Shown one piece after another: positions 28,767-38,575 of a stretch of 64,000 nt of DNA (position 1 is its first letter; each line of letters begins with the position of its first letter). Position numbers and translations under genes: made by a program. Origin of the DNA: Chitinophaga pinensis (GTDB taxonomy: Bacteria > Bacteroidota > Bacteroidia > CAMBQF01); NCBI GenBank assembly GCA_945869825.1, contig CAMBQF010000001.1, forward strand, positions 18,372 to 82,371. The letters are read 5' to 3'. The notes beneath the pieces are model-generated. The model saw only the letters and a program-made list of their open reading frames with translations, was not told the origin of the DNA and ran no database searches.

Positions 28767-29471
28767 TTATTTTTTATCGGCATACGGCTTGGTAGGGCAT
28801 GTTTTGCCCTGTAGCTTTTTAGCCGCAGCAATACGCTTTTTCAGTTTCTTAACTTTTACAATGTCTATCGACTTTATCATCTGGTCCTCATCGGGCCTGT
28901 CCATGCGGTTACGCTTTTGGCTGATGATTTTGTCTACCACATCCAATCCGCCGGTTACCTCGCCAAAAATAGAGTGTTTGTTATCTAACCACGGGGTAGC
29001 TACAGCGGTAATAAAAAACTGGCTGCCGTTGGTGTTAGGGCCGCTGTTTGCCATAGATAAAAGTCCTTTTTTATCGTGCTTTAGCGATGCGTCAAACTCA
29101 TCTTCAAACGTATAGCCCGGGCCAGCAGTTCCCAATGGCACTCCGGCTTTAGCGCCTTTAGAAAGAGGGTCGCCGCCTTGTATCATAAAGTTAGGTATCA
29201 CACGGTGGAACAATGTGCTATCAAAAAAGTGGGTTTCGCAAAGGCTAACAAAGCTTCCTACGGTGCAAGGCACTTTTTCGGCATATAGCTTAATCATAAT
29301 ATCGCCCTGGGTGGTGTGCATAATAAGGTCGGGGCCAGTGTCTTTAGCAGGCTTGGCCTTTTTTTCTTTCTTTGCTTTTGCTACTGGTGCTTTTCCGGCA
29401 TCTTGTGCAAAACCAACGCTTGTAAATGCCAATAAGGCAAGGGCAATAAAAGAGTATTTAATACTTTTCAT
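28767..29471 (-). CDS. peptidyl-prolyl cis-trans isomerase, cyclophilin type (secreted)
   Basis: [14 protein letters not shown]...[17 protein letters not shown] cyclophilin signature; signal peptide; Lys-rich termini. Confidence 0.85.
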   Translation of the reverse strand: MKSIKYSFIALALLAFTSVGFAQDAGKAPVAKAKKEKKAKPAKDTGPDLIMHTTQGDIMIKLYAEKVPCTVGSFVSLCETHFFDSTLFHRVIPNFMIQGGDPLSKGAKAGVPLGTAGPGYTFEDEFDASLKHDKKGLLSMANSGPNTNGSQFFITAVATPWLDNKHSIFGEVTGGLDVVDKIISQKRNRMDRPDEDQMIKSIDIVKVKKLKKRIAAAKKLQGKTCPTKPYADKK

Positions 29472-29518
29472 AGAAGTGTTTTATTTGAAAAACATGCAAT
29501 TATACGATTTTTAGCCTT

Positions 29519-30394
29519 TTATAGCAATTTTGATACCGCTTGTTTAAGGCTTGCGCGCCAATGCGGAATTTCAATGCCCAGTGCCGCCTTTACCTTACCT
29601 TTATTCAACAGGCTGTAAGCAGGCCTTGCCGATGCGGTAGGGTATTCTTTGGTAAGTATGGGCATAATTTTGCATTTAAGCCCCGCCAGTTCTACAATAG
29701 CCTGGGCAAAATCGTACCAGCTGGTTACCCCCTCGTTACTAAAGTGGTAAATGCCTGTAGGCACTTTTTGTTTATTGTTTAAGGCTGTTATTAGGGTAAA
29801 AATGGCTTTTACCAAATCATCGGCCAGGGTGGGTGTACCTACCTGGTCGTACACCATGTTCAGGGTTTCGCGCTCGGCACCCAAACGTAAAATAGTTTTT
29901 AAAAAATTGTGCCCGTGCACCGAGTATAACCACGAGGTGCGGAACACATACCCATCGCAACCCGAAAGCATCAGGGCCTCTTCGCCCTCGCATTTGGTAA
30001 GGCCATACACCCCCAGCGGATTGGTAAAGTCAGTCTCTACATACGGTACGCTGGCAATGCCATCAAAAACATAATCAGTAGAAACCTGGATAAACTTTGT
30101 TTTGTGCATTTTGCACTCCATAGCCATTAGCTCTACAGCCTTAGCATTTATCAGGCGGGCCAGGGCAGGCTCGCTCTCTGCTTTATCTACGGCAGTGTAG
30201 GCCGAGCAGTTAATAAGGTATTTAGGGGCATGCAGGTTAAAAAAGTATTTCAGGTCGGCAGGTTTGGTAATATCCAAATCGGCCACATCAGTAAACACAA
30301 AATTAAAGCCGGGCATGGTGTGTGCCAGTTCTTGCATTACTGTTCCTAATTGCCCATTGGCGCCTGTTACCGCTATTGTTTTTGCTTTTGCCAT
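29519..30394 (-). CDS. rfbD: dTDP-4-dehydrorhamnose reductase
   Basis: TGANGQLG NAD-binding motif, RmlD-like length and YxxxK. Confidence 0.8.
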   Translation of the reverse strand: MAKAKTIAVTGANGQLGTVMQELAHTMPGFNFVFTDVADLDITKPADLKYFFNLHAPKYLINCSAYTAVDKAESEPALARLINAKAVELMAMECKMHKTKFIQVSTDYVFDGIASVPYVETDFTNPLGVYGLTKCEGEEALMLSGCDGYVFRTSWLYSVHGHNFLKTILRLGAERETLNMVYDQVGTPTLADDLVKAIFTLITALNNKQKVPTGIYHFSNEGVTSWYDFAQAIVELAGLKCKIMPILTKEYPTASARPAYSLLNKGKVKAALGIEIPHWRASLKQAVSKLL

Positions 30395-30788
30395 GTCCTT
30401 TTTTAACCAAATATGGGGGCAAAAATAGTGTTTTTACCCCACTACAATGTGGCAAAAAAACTACTACCTGTTTAACGCGCCAAATAATATGCTTAGTATT
30501 TCATAGCTTACCGTCTTCACTATCTGCTGTACAATTTTATACTTATTGCAAAGCAACAGCCTTGATAGTTCTACTTGTCTCATGCTTTTTTCTGCAGCTC
30601 TAAACCTTATCGTGGTTTATAGTATAACGTATTGGGTTTTCTGATGTGTTGTTTTCACTAATTGTAATTGTTGGCCAACGGAGTACTTATCATTATTTAG
30701 TTGGCTAAATAAATATTTTATATATTCTTAAAACATTTTTAGAGAGCATCTGTTTAACAAAACGTACACAAACTTTAAACAAAAAATT

Positions 30789-31508
30789 ATGGAACATTTA
30801 AAAATTGCAAGCGATAACTATGTCGCATTTACGTTCTTTATCGGAACAATGGCTATGATGGCAGCCTCAGTATTCTTCTTTTTTGAGTTAAACAACACTT
30901 CTCAAAAGTGGCGAACATCGGTGTTGGTATCAGGCCTTATTACATTTATTGCAGCGGTGCATTACTATTACATGAGGGGCTATAACTTGGAAACAGGCGA
31001 GTCTCCTACATTTTTCCGCTATGTTGACTGGATTTTAACTGTTCCGTTAATGTGTGTAGAGTTTTATTTAATTACCAAAAAGGCAGGTGCTAAAATTCAG
31101 TTGCTTTGGAAATTAATATTTGCCTCGTTAGTGATGCTGGTGACAGGTTACTTTGGAGAAACTATTGACAGAGGCAATAGTGTACTTTGGGGTGTAATTT
31201 CTGGTGCTGCTTATTTTTACATTGCTTACCTGATATGGTTTGGTGAAGTTGCCAAATTGGCTCAAACTGCAGGAACACAGGTAGCTAAAGCTACACGCAT
31301 ACTTGCGTGGTTTGTACTAGTTGGCTGGGCAATTTATCCTTTAGGTTATATTTTAGGAACTCCAGGTGGCTTGTTTGGTATGCAATTAGTTAGCGACCCT
31401 GCAGCTGCATCTCATGCAATGGATATTGTATATAACATTGCCGACGCTATCAATAAAATTGGTTTTGGACTGGTAATTTATGCCTTGAGCAGAAGCTCTG
31501 AAGATTAA
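30789..31508 (+). CDS. microbial (type I) rhodopsin, proteorhodopsin/xanthorhodopsin-like proton pump (DTE motif)
   Basis: 7TM; helix C RYVDWILTVPLMCVE (Asp-Thr...Glu at BR85/89/96 equivalents); helix G retinal Lys in DAINKIGFGL. Confidence 0.85.
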   Translation: MEHLKIASDNYVAFTFFIGTMAMMAASVFFFFELNNTSQKWRTSVLVSGLITFIAAVHYYYMRGYNLETGESPTFFRYVDWILTVPLMCVEFYLITKKAGAKIQLLWKLIFASLVMLVTGYFGETIDRGNSVLWGVISGAAYFYIAYLIWFGEVAKLAQTAGTQVAKATRILAWFVLVGWAIYPLGYILGTPGGLFGMQLVSDPAAASHAMDIVYNIADAINKIGFGLVIYALSRSSED

Positions 31509-31592
31509 TATTACTAAGAACAAGAAAAAAACGGGGTGGTATATTTAATAATATGTCACCCTTTTTTATTGCTTTAACCTAAAAGGCATTCC

Positions 31593-33602
31593 ATGAAAAT
31601 ATCAGCAAAAAATCCAGCCTTGCCATTTGATTTTATTTTTATAGGATTAGGTGCTGCAAATTGCTTGTTGCTTTTAAGGCTGCATGATAATGGCTTGCTT
31701 ACAGGTAAAACCATTGCTATTGTTGAACCGGATAGTAAATCAGCTAATGATAGGACTTTTTGTTTTTGGGCTACAGAAGATGATGTAACAAACTTACATG
31801 TAAAACCTTTGGTTAGCAACAGTTGGGACTTTGTAGAAATTGGTGGTATTGCCAAGCAACAAATTAATCCACTGCGCTATTTTCATGTAAAAGGTATCGA
31901 TATTTATAACCAAACAAAAAGTATTCTTAGTGTTAATAATGTTACATTTTTTAACACTCTTTTTAAAGAAAACCCGGAAGTAAAATCAACGTATTATGAA
32001 GTTAGACTGGCTAACGAAACACTTTATGGTTATAAAGTATTTGATAGTCGCCCGCCAATTTTTTTGCCCCCGAAAAAAAACCAAAGCCATTTATACCAAT
32101 CTTTTTATGGCTTAAAAATAAAACTCGCTACAAAAACATTTGATACTTCAGTAATGGTAATGATGGATTTTAACGTCCCTCAAAACAATTTCACACAGTT
32201 TGTTTATGTGTTGCCTTTTTCTGAAGATACGGCATTAATAGAGTTAACACGCTTTGGTACTGAAAAATTGACACAACAGGAAGCTACGCCAATTCTTAAT
32301 GAATACATAGATAGACTGGGAGTTTCTTTTGATATTTTAGAGGAAGAAAGAGGGGTAATACCTATGTCATCATCCGCTTTAAAAAGTGAAGATTTTGGCA
32401 CAAATTGGATAAACATGGGGGCTAGGGCAAATATGATTAAATGCTCTACAGGATATGCTTTTCATGCAATGGCAGAAGATGCCATAACGCAAATGGAAGC
32501 CATTAAAAATAATGTGTTTCCAAAAAGAAAAATGAAAGGGCAAAGGTTTGCTTTTTACGACCGGTTGCTATTAAAAATATTAGATGAAAGTCCTGAGTAC
32601 GGCAAAGTAATTTTTGAAACACTATTTAAAAAAGTACCTATTGTAAAAGTGTTACGTTTTTTAGGAGAGAAAACAAGCCTATCAGAAGAAATTATAATTT
32701 TTTCAAAATTGCCCAAGCGTATATTTATTACAAGCGCTGCAAAAGATATTTTGCAACAGTTTTATACTTTACCTGTGTTAGCGTTGCCTTTTCTGTTCAC
32801 TATTATTACCCTCTTTCTAACGCTTGTCAATCTTCAATATATTTCTTGGGGCATTTTAGGCTTGGGGTTTTTATCGGTTGGCCTGTCTCATGGCGCATTA
32901 GACCACCTAACAGCAAAACCAATCATCAATAAAAAACAACTACTAGGTTTTATTATACGGTATTTGTTTAAGGCCATTGTTTTAGGCCTGGTTTGGTTAT
33001 TTTACCCTGACTTGGCGCTACTTCTATTTATAGCTTACTCTGCCTGGCATTTTGGCCAAGCCGATTTTAAAGAATGGCAATTAAAACAAGGGTGGCAATC
33101 TTTATGCTGGGGCACTATTGCTTTAATGATTATTTTATTCTCTCATTTTGAAGAATTAAATTTAATTCTTTTACAAATACCCAATTTAGAATTTGTAAAC
33201 ACGTTAAAGAATCTTTCTGATAATATAATATGGGCTTTGAATATCCTTTTTATTGTAGGAGGAATTTTATTAGCTGTAATAAATAAATCAAAGCACATAC
33301 TTTTTACTTTAACATATTTATTGCTCTGTAGTATGTTGCCTTTACTTCTTTCATTTGGTATCTATTTTGTTGGCCAACACAGTTTACATGGTTGGCGTCA
33401 TCTTTCTTTAGGTTTGAATGAATCTTCATCACGATTATGGCTAAAGTCTCTCCCTTTTAGTATTGGGGGCGCATTGGTTATTTTATATTTTTTGCTTCTC
33501 TCAAGCTCAAATTATGTAGGTATTTTTTTTATCATTTTATCTTGTTTAAGCATACCCCATGTCTTTAGTATGCATCATTTTTATTCTAAGTTAAAACTAT
33601 AA
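31593..33602 (+). CDS. fusion protein: lycopene beta-cyclase (CrtY-type, FAD) N-terminal domain + Brp/Blh beta-carotene 15,15'-dioxygenase C-terminal membrane domain
   Basis: N-term FIGLGAANCLLLLRL dinucleotide fold and ~380 aa CrtY-like region; C-term polytopic region with Blh His motifs (GLSHGALDHL, WHFGQADF, GQHSLHGWRH, LSIPHVFSMHH). Confidence 0.7.
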   Translation: MKISAKNPALPFDFIFIGLGAANCLLLLRLHDNGLLTGKTIAIVEPDSKSANDRTFCFWATEDDVTNLHVKPLVSNSWDFVEIGGIAKQQINPLRYFHVKGIDIYNQTKSILSVNNVTFFNTLFKENPEVKSTYYEVRLANETLYGYKVFDSRPPIFLPPKKNQSHLYQSFYGLKIKLATKTFDTSVMVMMDFNVPQNNFTQFVYVLPFSEDTALIELTRFGTEKLTQQEATPILNEYIDRLGVSFDILEEERGVIPMSSSALKSEDFGTNWINMGARANMIKCSTGYAFHAMAEDAITQMEAIKNNVFPKRKMKGQRFAFYDRLLLKILDESPEYGKVIFETLFKKVPIVKVLRFLGEKTSLSEEIIIFSKLPKRIFITSAAKDILQQFYTLPVLALPFLFTIITLFLTLVNLQYISWGILGLGFLSVGLSHGALDHLTAKPIINKKQLLGFIIRYLFKAIVLGLVWLFYPDLALLLFIAYSAWHFGQADFKEWQLKQGWQSLCWGTIALMIILFSHFEELNLILLQIPNLEFVNTLKNLSDNIIWALNILFIVGGILLAVINKSKHILFTLTYLLLCSMLPLLLSFGIYFVGQHSLHGWRHLSLGLNESSSRLWLKSLPFSIGGALVILYFLLLSSSNYVGIFFIILSCLSIPHVFSMHHFYSKLKL

Positions 33603-34034
33603 TTGGCCAAGATAATTTTATATAACCGTTTTGTGGTTAAAGCATTGCCTTAATACACCCCGTGTATTTGTATTAAAAATGTTGGACTAAAAATGTGTAT
33701 ATTGCTTGTAACAATGGTAGTTTTAGCCATAGAGCTGTATATGTCTTTTTATTCTTTTACTTTTATTAGTAAACAGCCCCGATTTTTTAATTTTAAAAGA
33801 GTAGAATTGGCGGTGAATTCGGTAGACATTTTAAAACGAGTACTTTATCTTACAGCCACATGGGTTTTGACATAATTCAATGTAAGATTACCAAAAAACC
33901 GATAAATGAGGTTTTACCCACAATAAAACTTTATTTCCAACGTTAGCAGGCATTACAGCGCGCCCGCTTGACAAAGGGGGTATGGATGTTGTATATTCGC
34001 ACTCTTTTAATTTTTACTTATACTCAGATACTTA

Positions 34035-35084
34035 ATGAAATTATCACAATTTAAGTTTCGCGTTCCGCCCGAGTTAGTTGCTGAGCGTCCGGCAAAAAAC
34101 CGTGAAGATGCCCGTTTGATGGTTATTGACCGTAAAACAAAAAAAATAGAACACAAAAAATTTAGCGACGTTTTAGATTATTTTGAAGACGGCGACTGCA
34201 TGATTGTTAACAACACCCGTGTGTTCCCCGCCCGCCTGTATGGCAATAAAGAAAAAACCGGTGCCCAGATAGAGGTTTTCCTTTTACGCGAACTTAACCG
34301 CGAAAGCCGCCTTTGGGATGTTTTGGTTGACCCTGCCCGTAAAATACGTATTGGCAACAAGCTGTATTTTGGCGATAACGACGAGTTGGTGGCCGAGGTA
34401 ATTGACAACACCACATCGCGCGGTCGTACCCTTCGTTTTTTGTTTGATGGCAGCTACGAAGAGTTTAAGCAAACCGTATACGAACTGGGCGAAACCCCAA
34501 TACCTAAATTTATAAAGCGCACCCCCGATGCTGCCGATGCCGAGCGTTACCAAACGGTATTTGCCAAGCACGAAGGTGCCGTTGCCGCCCCAACAGCGGG
34601 CATGCACTTTAGCAAAACGCTAATGAAGCGTTTAGAGATTAAAGGCGTAAACTTTGCCGAGATTACTTTGCACGTGGGCTTAGGTACCTTCCGCACGGTA
34701 GAGGTGGAAGACCTTACCAAACATAAGGTAGACTCTGAAGAGATGGAGATTGACGAAACGGCTGTTAAAATAGTTAACAAAGCCCGCGACGAGCGTAAGC
34801 GTGTCTGTGCTGTAGGTACTACTACCATGCGTGCCATAGAAACATCGGTAACTACCAATGGCCACCTAAAACCGTACAAAGGCTGGACAAATAAATTTAT
34901 TCTTCCGCCGCACGATTTTCAGGTTGCCAACTGTATGATAACCAACTTCCACATGCCACAAACGGTATTGGTAATGATGGTTTCTGCCTTTGCAGGCCAC
35001 GACTTTTTAATGGAAGCCTACAAGCAAGCTGTAAAAGAGAAGTACCGCTTTTTTACCTATGGCGATGCGATGTTGATTTTGTAA
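34035..35084 (+). CDS. queA: S-adenosylmethionine:tRNA ribosyltransferase-isomerase
   Basis: QueA-like sequence throughout ([15 protein letters not shown]...). Confidence 0.9.
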   Translation: MKLSQFKFRVPPELVAERPAKNREDARLMVIDRKTKKIEHKKFSDVLDYFEDGDCMIVNNTRVFPARLYGNKEKTGAQIEVFLLRELNRESRLWDVLVDPARKIRIGNKLYFGDNDELVAEVIDNTTSRGRTLRFLFDGSYEEFKQTVYELGETPIPKFIKRTPDAADAERYQTVFAKHEGAVAAPTAGMHFSKTLMKRLEIKGVNFAEITLHVGLGTFRTVEVEDLTKHKVDSEEMEIDETAVKIVNKARDERKRVCAVGTTTMRAIETSVTTNGHLKPYKGWTNKFILPPHDFQVANCMITNFHMPQTVLVMMVSAFAGHDFLMEAYKQAVKEKYRFFTYGDAMLIL

Positions 35085-35147
35085 TTACAACCCCGTTGTT
35101 AAAATATAAACCCCTGACGAAGAAACGGCAGGGGTTTTTTAATTAAT

Positions 35148-35822
35148 TTGGCGGATATGAACCACGTTGTTATAGTTGCTGGAGGTATGGGTACGCGTAT
35201 GAAGAGCGATACCCCTAAACAGTTTATGCAACTGGCAGGCAAGCCTGTGGCATTTTATTCAATAGAGCGTTTTTACGCCTTTGATAACACCATCAACATA
35301 ATACTTGTGTTGCCAGAGAAGCATGTAAGCGAGTGGAAAGAGCTTTGCGCACAGCACAACTTTACGATACCGCATACCATTGCCCTGGGCGGGCCTACGC
35401 GTTTCCACTCGGTAAAAAGCGGGCTGCATTCTATTGCTGGCACAGAGGGCATTGTGGGCATACACGATGGCGCCAGGCCATTAATCAACCCTGTATTGAT
35501 AAAAGAAGCGTATGCCGTTGCTGAGAAGCATGGCAATGCCGTACCGGCTGTAGCCCCTGCTGAAACGGTACGCGAGTTGCATGGTGCCCAAAGCAAACAG
35601 CTAAACCGCGACCACCTGCGGCTGATACAAACCCCCCAGTGCTTTAAGCTTAGCACCTTAAAACGCGCCTACGATGCCCCGTATAACGAAGTGTTTACTG
35701 ATGACGCATCGGTAGCGGAAGATATGGGCGAGCGCATTCATTTAATTGAGGGCGACAGGGCCAACCTGAAAATTACTACACCTGCTGATTTAACCATTGC
35801 CGAAGCCTTGTTAAACGCATAG
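35148..35822 (+). CDS. ispD: 2-C-methyl-D-erythritol 4-phosphate cytidylyltransferase
   Basis: VVIVAGGMGTRM nucleotidyltransferase motif, IspD length. Confidence 0.85.
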   Translation: MADMNHVVIVAGGMGTRMKSDTPKQFMQLAGKPVAFYSIERFYAFDNTINIILVLPEKHVSEWKELCAQHNFTIPHTIALGGPTRFHSVKSGLHSIAGTEGIVGIHDGARPLINPVLIKEAYAVAEKHGNAVPAVAPAETVRELHGAQSKQLNRDHLRLIQTPQCFKLSTLKRAYDAPYNEVFTDDASVAEDMGERIHLIEGDRANLKITTPADLTIAEALLNA

Positions 35823-35910
35823 TACTTACTTATAATAAACCCAAAAGGCGGCCATTGCTGACCGCCCGCTGGGCATTGTTGCCTATATATTGATTACTCG
35901 CTTTCTGTGG

Positions 35911-36792
35911 TTAGAATAAGAGTGATACACCCATAGTTAAGGGGTACAATTCAGGGCCCTGGTCTTTTAAAAACATTGAGTTTAACGCATAGTTGGCATA
36001 CACACCAATCTTTTTATAACCCATGCGTGCCATGGCAGTAAAACGGAAGGGGCTGGTGTTAAAGCTATCGAAAGTTTTTGGCTTGTTTTTGTCGCCATCT
36101 TCGTAATACACCATTTTTTGGTGAGTACGGTATTTAAAGCCCACCATAGCCCCCAAACTTAGGTGGAAAGCGTTTTTGCCTTTTTTGTCGTTAGCAGCCA
36201 CGGTAAACAACAGGGGTACATTTAGGTAAGCCAGCGCTAGTTTGTTTTTGGTGTAGTTGCGGGTAGTGTCGTAAGTTACAGCCAGCGGGTTCGATTTTGG
36301 GTCCAGCTTAACGCTGGTATCATCAAAACGGAAGTTGTTAAACTCTAAGCCAAAACCAGTAGACATGTAGAAGTTGTTCTTTACAATGGGTAGCTTATAC
36401 TCATAAAGGTTTAAGCCTATAGATACTGACTTGGCGTAATTAAGGCTGTAAGGTGCATCGGCTCCGGTTAACGAGAAGTTACGTTCTGAATTTAACAGGG
36501 TGTTTATACCAATTTCTATACCTGCCCAGGCGTTGGCTGGTTTCTTTTTGCGTTTAGATGGGGTAAATTCACCATTTGGCATACTGTCTAACTCAACAAC
36601 AATGGTAGTATCAGACAATACGGTAACGGTTTTATTGTCGCCTTTTTTCTCTTCTATAATGGTAATGCGGGTATTGCCTAAGTTAATGTTGGTAGTGTCT
36701 TTATTACCTTTAGGTAAAGTATCGTTTTGTGCTTTAGCGCTAATCCCTGCTAAACTTAAAAAGGCGGCTAAAAATATTGCTGAAGCTTTCAT
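35911..36792 (-). CDS. outer-membrane beta-barrel protein (hypothetical)
   Basis: Signal peptide MKASAIFLAAFLSLAGISAKAQ; C-terminal aromatic residue; beta periodicity. Confidence 0.45.
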   Translation of the reverse strand: MKASAIFLAAFLSLAGISAKAQNDTLPKGNKDTTNINLGNTRITIIEEKKGDNKTVTVLSDTTIVVELDSMPNGEFTPSKRKKKPANAWAGIEIGINTLLNSERNFSLTGADAPYSLNYAKSVSIGLNLYEYKLPIVKNNFYMSTGFGLEFNNFRFDDTSVKLDPKSNPLAVTYDTTRNYTKNKLALAYLNVPLLFTVAANDKKGKNAFHLSLGAMVGFKYRTHQKMVYYEDGDKNKPKTFDSFNTSPFRFTAMARMGYKKIGVYANYALNSMFLKDQGPELYPLTMGVSLLF

Positions 36793-36902
36793 AATAAAAC
36801 TGTATTAGGTGTTGCGTTTTCTTTTTAACTGTGTTGTTTGATAGTAAGATGGTTTGGGGTATTAAAAAGTTACAGCAACGTGTAAATTTTTTTAATTTTT
36901 TT

Positions 36903-37973
36903 CTACTCGCCGCGTTTGGGGCGGGTTGTAACAATGGTATAACGGCCAATGCTAAGCGATGAAACTTCGTTATCATTCTTCTCTACACGGCGGAAGTTGG
37001 GTTTAAAACCGGTAATTTTTTCGAAGCCTTTGCTGCCTAAAAAAGCAAGGTCGCTAAGTTCTGGGCCGCGTTTGGTAATAGTATCAAGCCTGTGGGCCAG
37101 TTCCTCATCTTTTACGCCCTCACCAATGTTTTTGCGCAGGCCGGCCATAAGGGTATTAAGCAGGGTTGGTTTCTTTCCCTGTACATCAATGTACGGTACT
37201 GCCATGTATAACGCTACGGGCTGGTCGGTATCTAATGCGGTTGGCTCAAACGGCACCTGCGCCTGTGCATGACTTATATACAACGGCTCGCTCTTGGCGT
37301 AATCAGGGGTATTATTATCAGAGATAATGGTATTGTTTTTAAATGGTGTAATGGTTTTTCTCGGGGCTTGTACCTGTGCAAAAGTATCCAACTGTTCTAT
37401 ATCGCCTTTTACCTTCGGATTTATTGTGATAGTAGGCGTAGTTTTACCATTAATTAGCGCGTTGGCAAATTCAGCAGGCTGTTTGCCGCTGTTTTGCTGG
37501 TATAACCAAAAGCCACCCACCAGCAACGCCACTGCGGCAGCGGCACTCAGGCTTACATACCACAATGGGCGCACAACCGCGCCCTGCTTTAATTTTTCTT
37601 TTCCGGCAAATACAATAGACGTATCAGCAACTAAAACTGTTTGCGCAAAAGCGGCTAGCTCTTTAGTATACTTTTTGTTTGATGCTACAATGGCATCAAG
37701 CTCTTGCTGTTCAGCGGCGGTAAGGCCTTCTTCCAGCTGTTTAACGGCTAAAACATCAAAGCGCGAGGCTTCGGTTTTTTTTAAATTTTCTTTATGGGGA
37801 AATGATATTCCTTCATCATCAAGGGTGGCAAACTCAAGCCCGTCAAGGTCCATGTCCAGTTCGGGGTGTGTAGCCATAAACAGCATCAACTCCTCACGGT
37901 CGGCAGCGCTAATGGTACCCTCTACCATGTCTAGCAGAAAAGCCTCGTAATTATCGTGGTTAATGCGGTTCAT
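36903..37973 (-). CDS. putative anti-sigma factor (membrane-spanning), partner of ECF sigma
   Basis: Immediately downstream of, and overlapping by 1 nt with, ECF sigma gene; single central TM (LWYVSLSAAAAVALLVGGFWLY); N-terminal acidic cytoplasmic domain. Confidence 0.4.
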   Translation of the reverse strand: MNRINHDNYEAFLLDMVEGTISAADREELMLFMATHPELDMDLDGLEFATLDDEGISFPHKENLKKTEASRFDVLAVKQLEEGLTAAEQQELDAIVASNKKYTKELAAFAQTVLVADTSIVFAGKEKLKQGAVVRPLWYVSLSAAAAVALLVGGFWLYQQNSGKQPAEFANALINGKTTPTITINPKVKGDIEQLDTFAQVQAPRKTITPFKNNTIISDNNTPDYAKSEPLYISHAQAQVPFEPTALDTDQPVALYMAVPYIDVQGKKPTLLNTLMAGLRKNIGEGVKDEELAHRLDTITKRGPELSDLAFLGSKGFEKITGFKPNFRRVEKNDNEVSSLSIGRYTIVTTRPKRGE

Positions 37974-38521
37974 TATAATACGTTATCTATACTAACTAAA
38001 TACTCTTTTAAAAAAACGCGTGCCCTGAAGATGTATACCTTCACCTGGCTTTCGCTAAGGCCGGTAATCTCTCCAATGGCAGCATAATCATACCCTTCAT
38101 AATCGCGCAGCATAAGTACGCTGCGTTGCATATCGGGCAGGCGTTGCAGGGCATCACTCAAGGCTTCGTTAGCGCCCGTATATTGCCCGCTATGGGTTTG
38201 GGTGCTTAGGTCGGCCTCGTCTAAATTGGTGCTGCGGTTGCGGCGTATCTTCTCCAGCATGGTATGGTAGGCCGTAGTAAACATATACGACTTTGCCTTT
38301 TCATACTGAATGTTATCAACTTTAACCCAAACTTTTTCAAAAGTGTCTTGTACAACGTCGTGTGCATCGTCTTCATCGCGCATATTTTTAAGCACGAAAC
38401 GATATAAGCCATCGGCATACATATCTACACATTTATTGTATTCAGCGCGGGTCAATGTTAGGGCATTTTGAACATAAGATGGTTTTGCCCACCCAAAAGT
38501 TACAGCATAATAGTAAAACAA
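37973..38521 (-). CDS. RNA polymerase ECF-type sigma-70 factor
   Basis: Region 2 (DAHDVVQDTF) and region 4 HTH (LRDYEGYDYAAIGEITGLSESQVKVYIFRAR). Confidence 0.7.
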   Translation of the reverse strand: MFYYYAVTFGWAKPSYVQNALTLTRAEYNKCVDMYADGLYRFVLKNMRDEDDAHDVVQDTFEKVWVKVDNIQYEKAKSYMFTTAYHTMLEKIRRNRSTNLDEADLSTQTHSGQYTGANEALSDALQRLPDMQRSVLMLRDYEGYDYAAIGEITGLSESQVKVYIFRARVFLKEYLVSIDNVL

Positions 38522-38575
38522 CCATTTAAATATGTAATTGGCTGATTATCAAAACTAATTTTTAACCTTTCGTTT

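Noticed and set aside
33693-33875. 60-aa ORF in the AT-rich spacer after the crtY–blh gene
   Set aside because: It is a random ORF in AT-rich DNA with hydrophobic low-complexity translation and no ribosome-binding context.
37327-37950. 207-aa plus-strand ORF
   Set aside because: It is antisense to the anti-sigma-like gene, with no motifs, and is a frame artefact.
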